Source of the DNA: Gemmatimonadota bacterium
Lineage (GTDB): Bacteria; Gemmatimonadota; Gemmatimonadetes; Gemmatimonadales; GWC2-71-9
Length of the DNA stretch: 64,000 bases
NCBI GenBank assembly: GCA_031400975.1
Contig: JANNQX010000168.1
Location: 591 to 64,590 of the forward strand
Reading direction: 5' to 3'
Shown here: piece after piece, positions 63,573 through 64,000 of the stretch
Numbering within the stretch: the first letter of the stretch is position 1
Layout: every line of letters begins with the position of its first letter
Notes under the pieces: model-generated
What the model was told of the DNA's origin: nothing
Databases searched by the model: none
The model's input: the letters and a program-made list of their open reading frames with translations, nothing else
Made by a program: the position numbers and the translations under genes

Positions 63573-64000
63573 ATGCAGTCTAAGTCGCCCTTCCTGCATT
63601 CCGTGCAGGCCAATATGCGCCTCCTGCACCTGAGTCGGCGCACCGAGGCCGCCTACCTCTATTGGGTTCGTCGTTTCATCAACTATTCCGGCCGCCGCCA
63701 CCCAAAGGAGCTGGGTCCCCCCGAGGTCCGGGCCTTTCTCACTCATCTGGTCGTGGACCGAAAGCTGGCCGCCGCGACTCAGCAGCAGGCCCTCGCCGCT
63801 TTGCTTTTTCTCTACCGGGTGGTTGTTGGCCGCCCCCTTGAGGAGCTGGGGCCGTTGCCGAGGGGCAGGTTGCCGACCACCTTGCCGGCGGTACTCACGC
63901 GGGAGGAGGTAACTGCCGTTTTGTCACGACTTCGGGGCCGGCACCGGCTGGTGGGGTTGCTCTTGTATGGTGGGGGGCTTCGCCTGCTTGAATGTCTGAT
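63573..64000 (+). CDS. intI: integron-integrase-type tyrosine recombinase, N-terminal 142 codons (runs off the right edge)
   Basis: Not in the ORF track because no stop lies in the window. Translation: [89 protein letters not shown]...[39 protein letters not shown]. It is colinear with IntI1 ([68 protein letters not shown]...RRLPVVLTPDEV...HRLFAQLLYGTGMRISEGL). Confidence 0.8.
   Translation, partial: [142 protein letters not shown]

Noticed and set aside
1-64000. tRNA, rRNA, CRISPR arrays, IS elements or prophage blocks
   Set aside because: I saw no T-loop (GGTTCGAATCC-like) signatures, no rRNA-like conserved stretches, no regularly spaced direct repeats, and no transposase or phage structural motifs. 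The only mobile-element hallmark is the edge-truncated intI.

Overview
High-GC, gene-dense bacterial chromosomal segment with about 58 supportable genes and no rRNA, tRNA or CRISPR that I could see. The gene content suggests a Gemmatimonadota- or Acidobacteriota-like soil bacterium; that is inference only. It rests on a clade II Sec-type nosZ cluster, a Ser/Thr kinase with TolB-like and TPR ectodomain, a duplicated orphan FtsX permease and many secreted hydrolases.

Layout, left to right:
- 1-1369: edge-truncated TonB-dependent receptor, absent from the ORF track.
- 1475-2671: BNR/sialidase-like protein.
- 2687-9504: Rrf2 regulator divergent from a complete clade II N2O-reductase cluster (cyt c-nosZ-nosB-nosL-nosD-nosF-nosY).
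- 9548-15400: nitronate monooxygenase, Ser/Thr kinase, DUF885 protein, hotdog-fold protein.
- 15494-19956: hybrid sensor kinase coupled to a TauE exporter, followed by a persulfide-dioxygenase-rhodanese fusion.
- 20134-20929: Hsp20 and a membrane protein.
- 20930-21342: odd 0.4 kb low-GC gap.
- 21343-24452: mtnP-apt-mtnA-class II aldolase cluster.
- 24524-30522: D-aminoacylase, two fold-type II PLP enzymes, a second TauE, GNAT and methyltransferase.
- 30544-40066: island of secreted hydrolases, including a tandem duplicate.
- 40332-42790: VIT transporter and orphan FtsX permease.
- 42881-56650: eight translationally coupled genes of a MoxR/DUF58/vWA (Bat-like) operon. It also encodes a legumain-fold protein lacking the catalytic Cys, a TPR-HEXXH protein and a 1100-aa poly-Gly/coiled-coil protein. 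I rate this the best candidate for an uncharacterised system.
- 56669-59738: LptC-like protein, GNAT and an acyltransferase.
- 59755-63455: internally deleted S9 peptidase relic, a perfect 16+3+16 bp AT-rich palindrome, and a PD40-amidohydrolase fusion.
- 63573-64000: edge-truncated integron-integrase (IntI) gene, also absent from the ORF track.

Most long antisense ORFs in the track are high-GC shadow ORFs. All calls are based on motifs read by eye; no searches were run.
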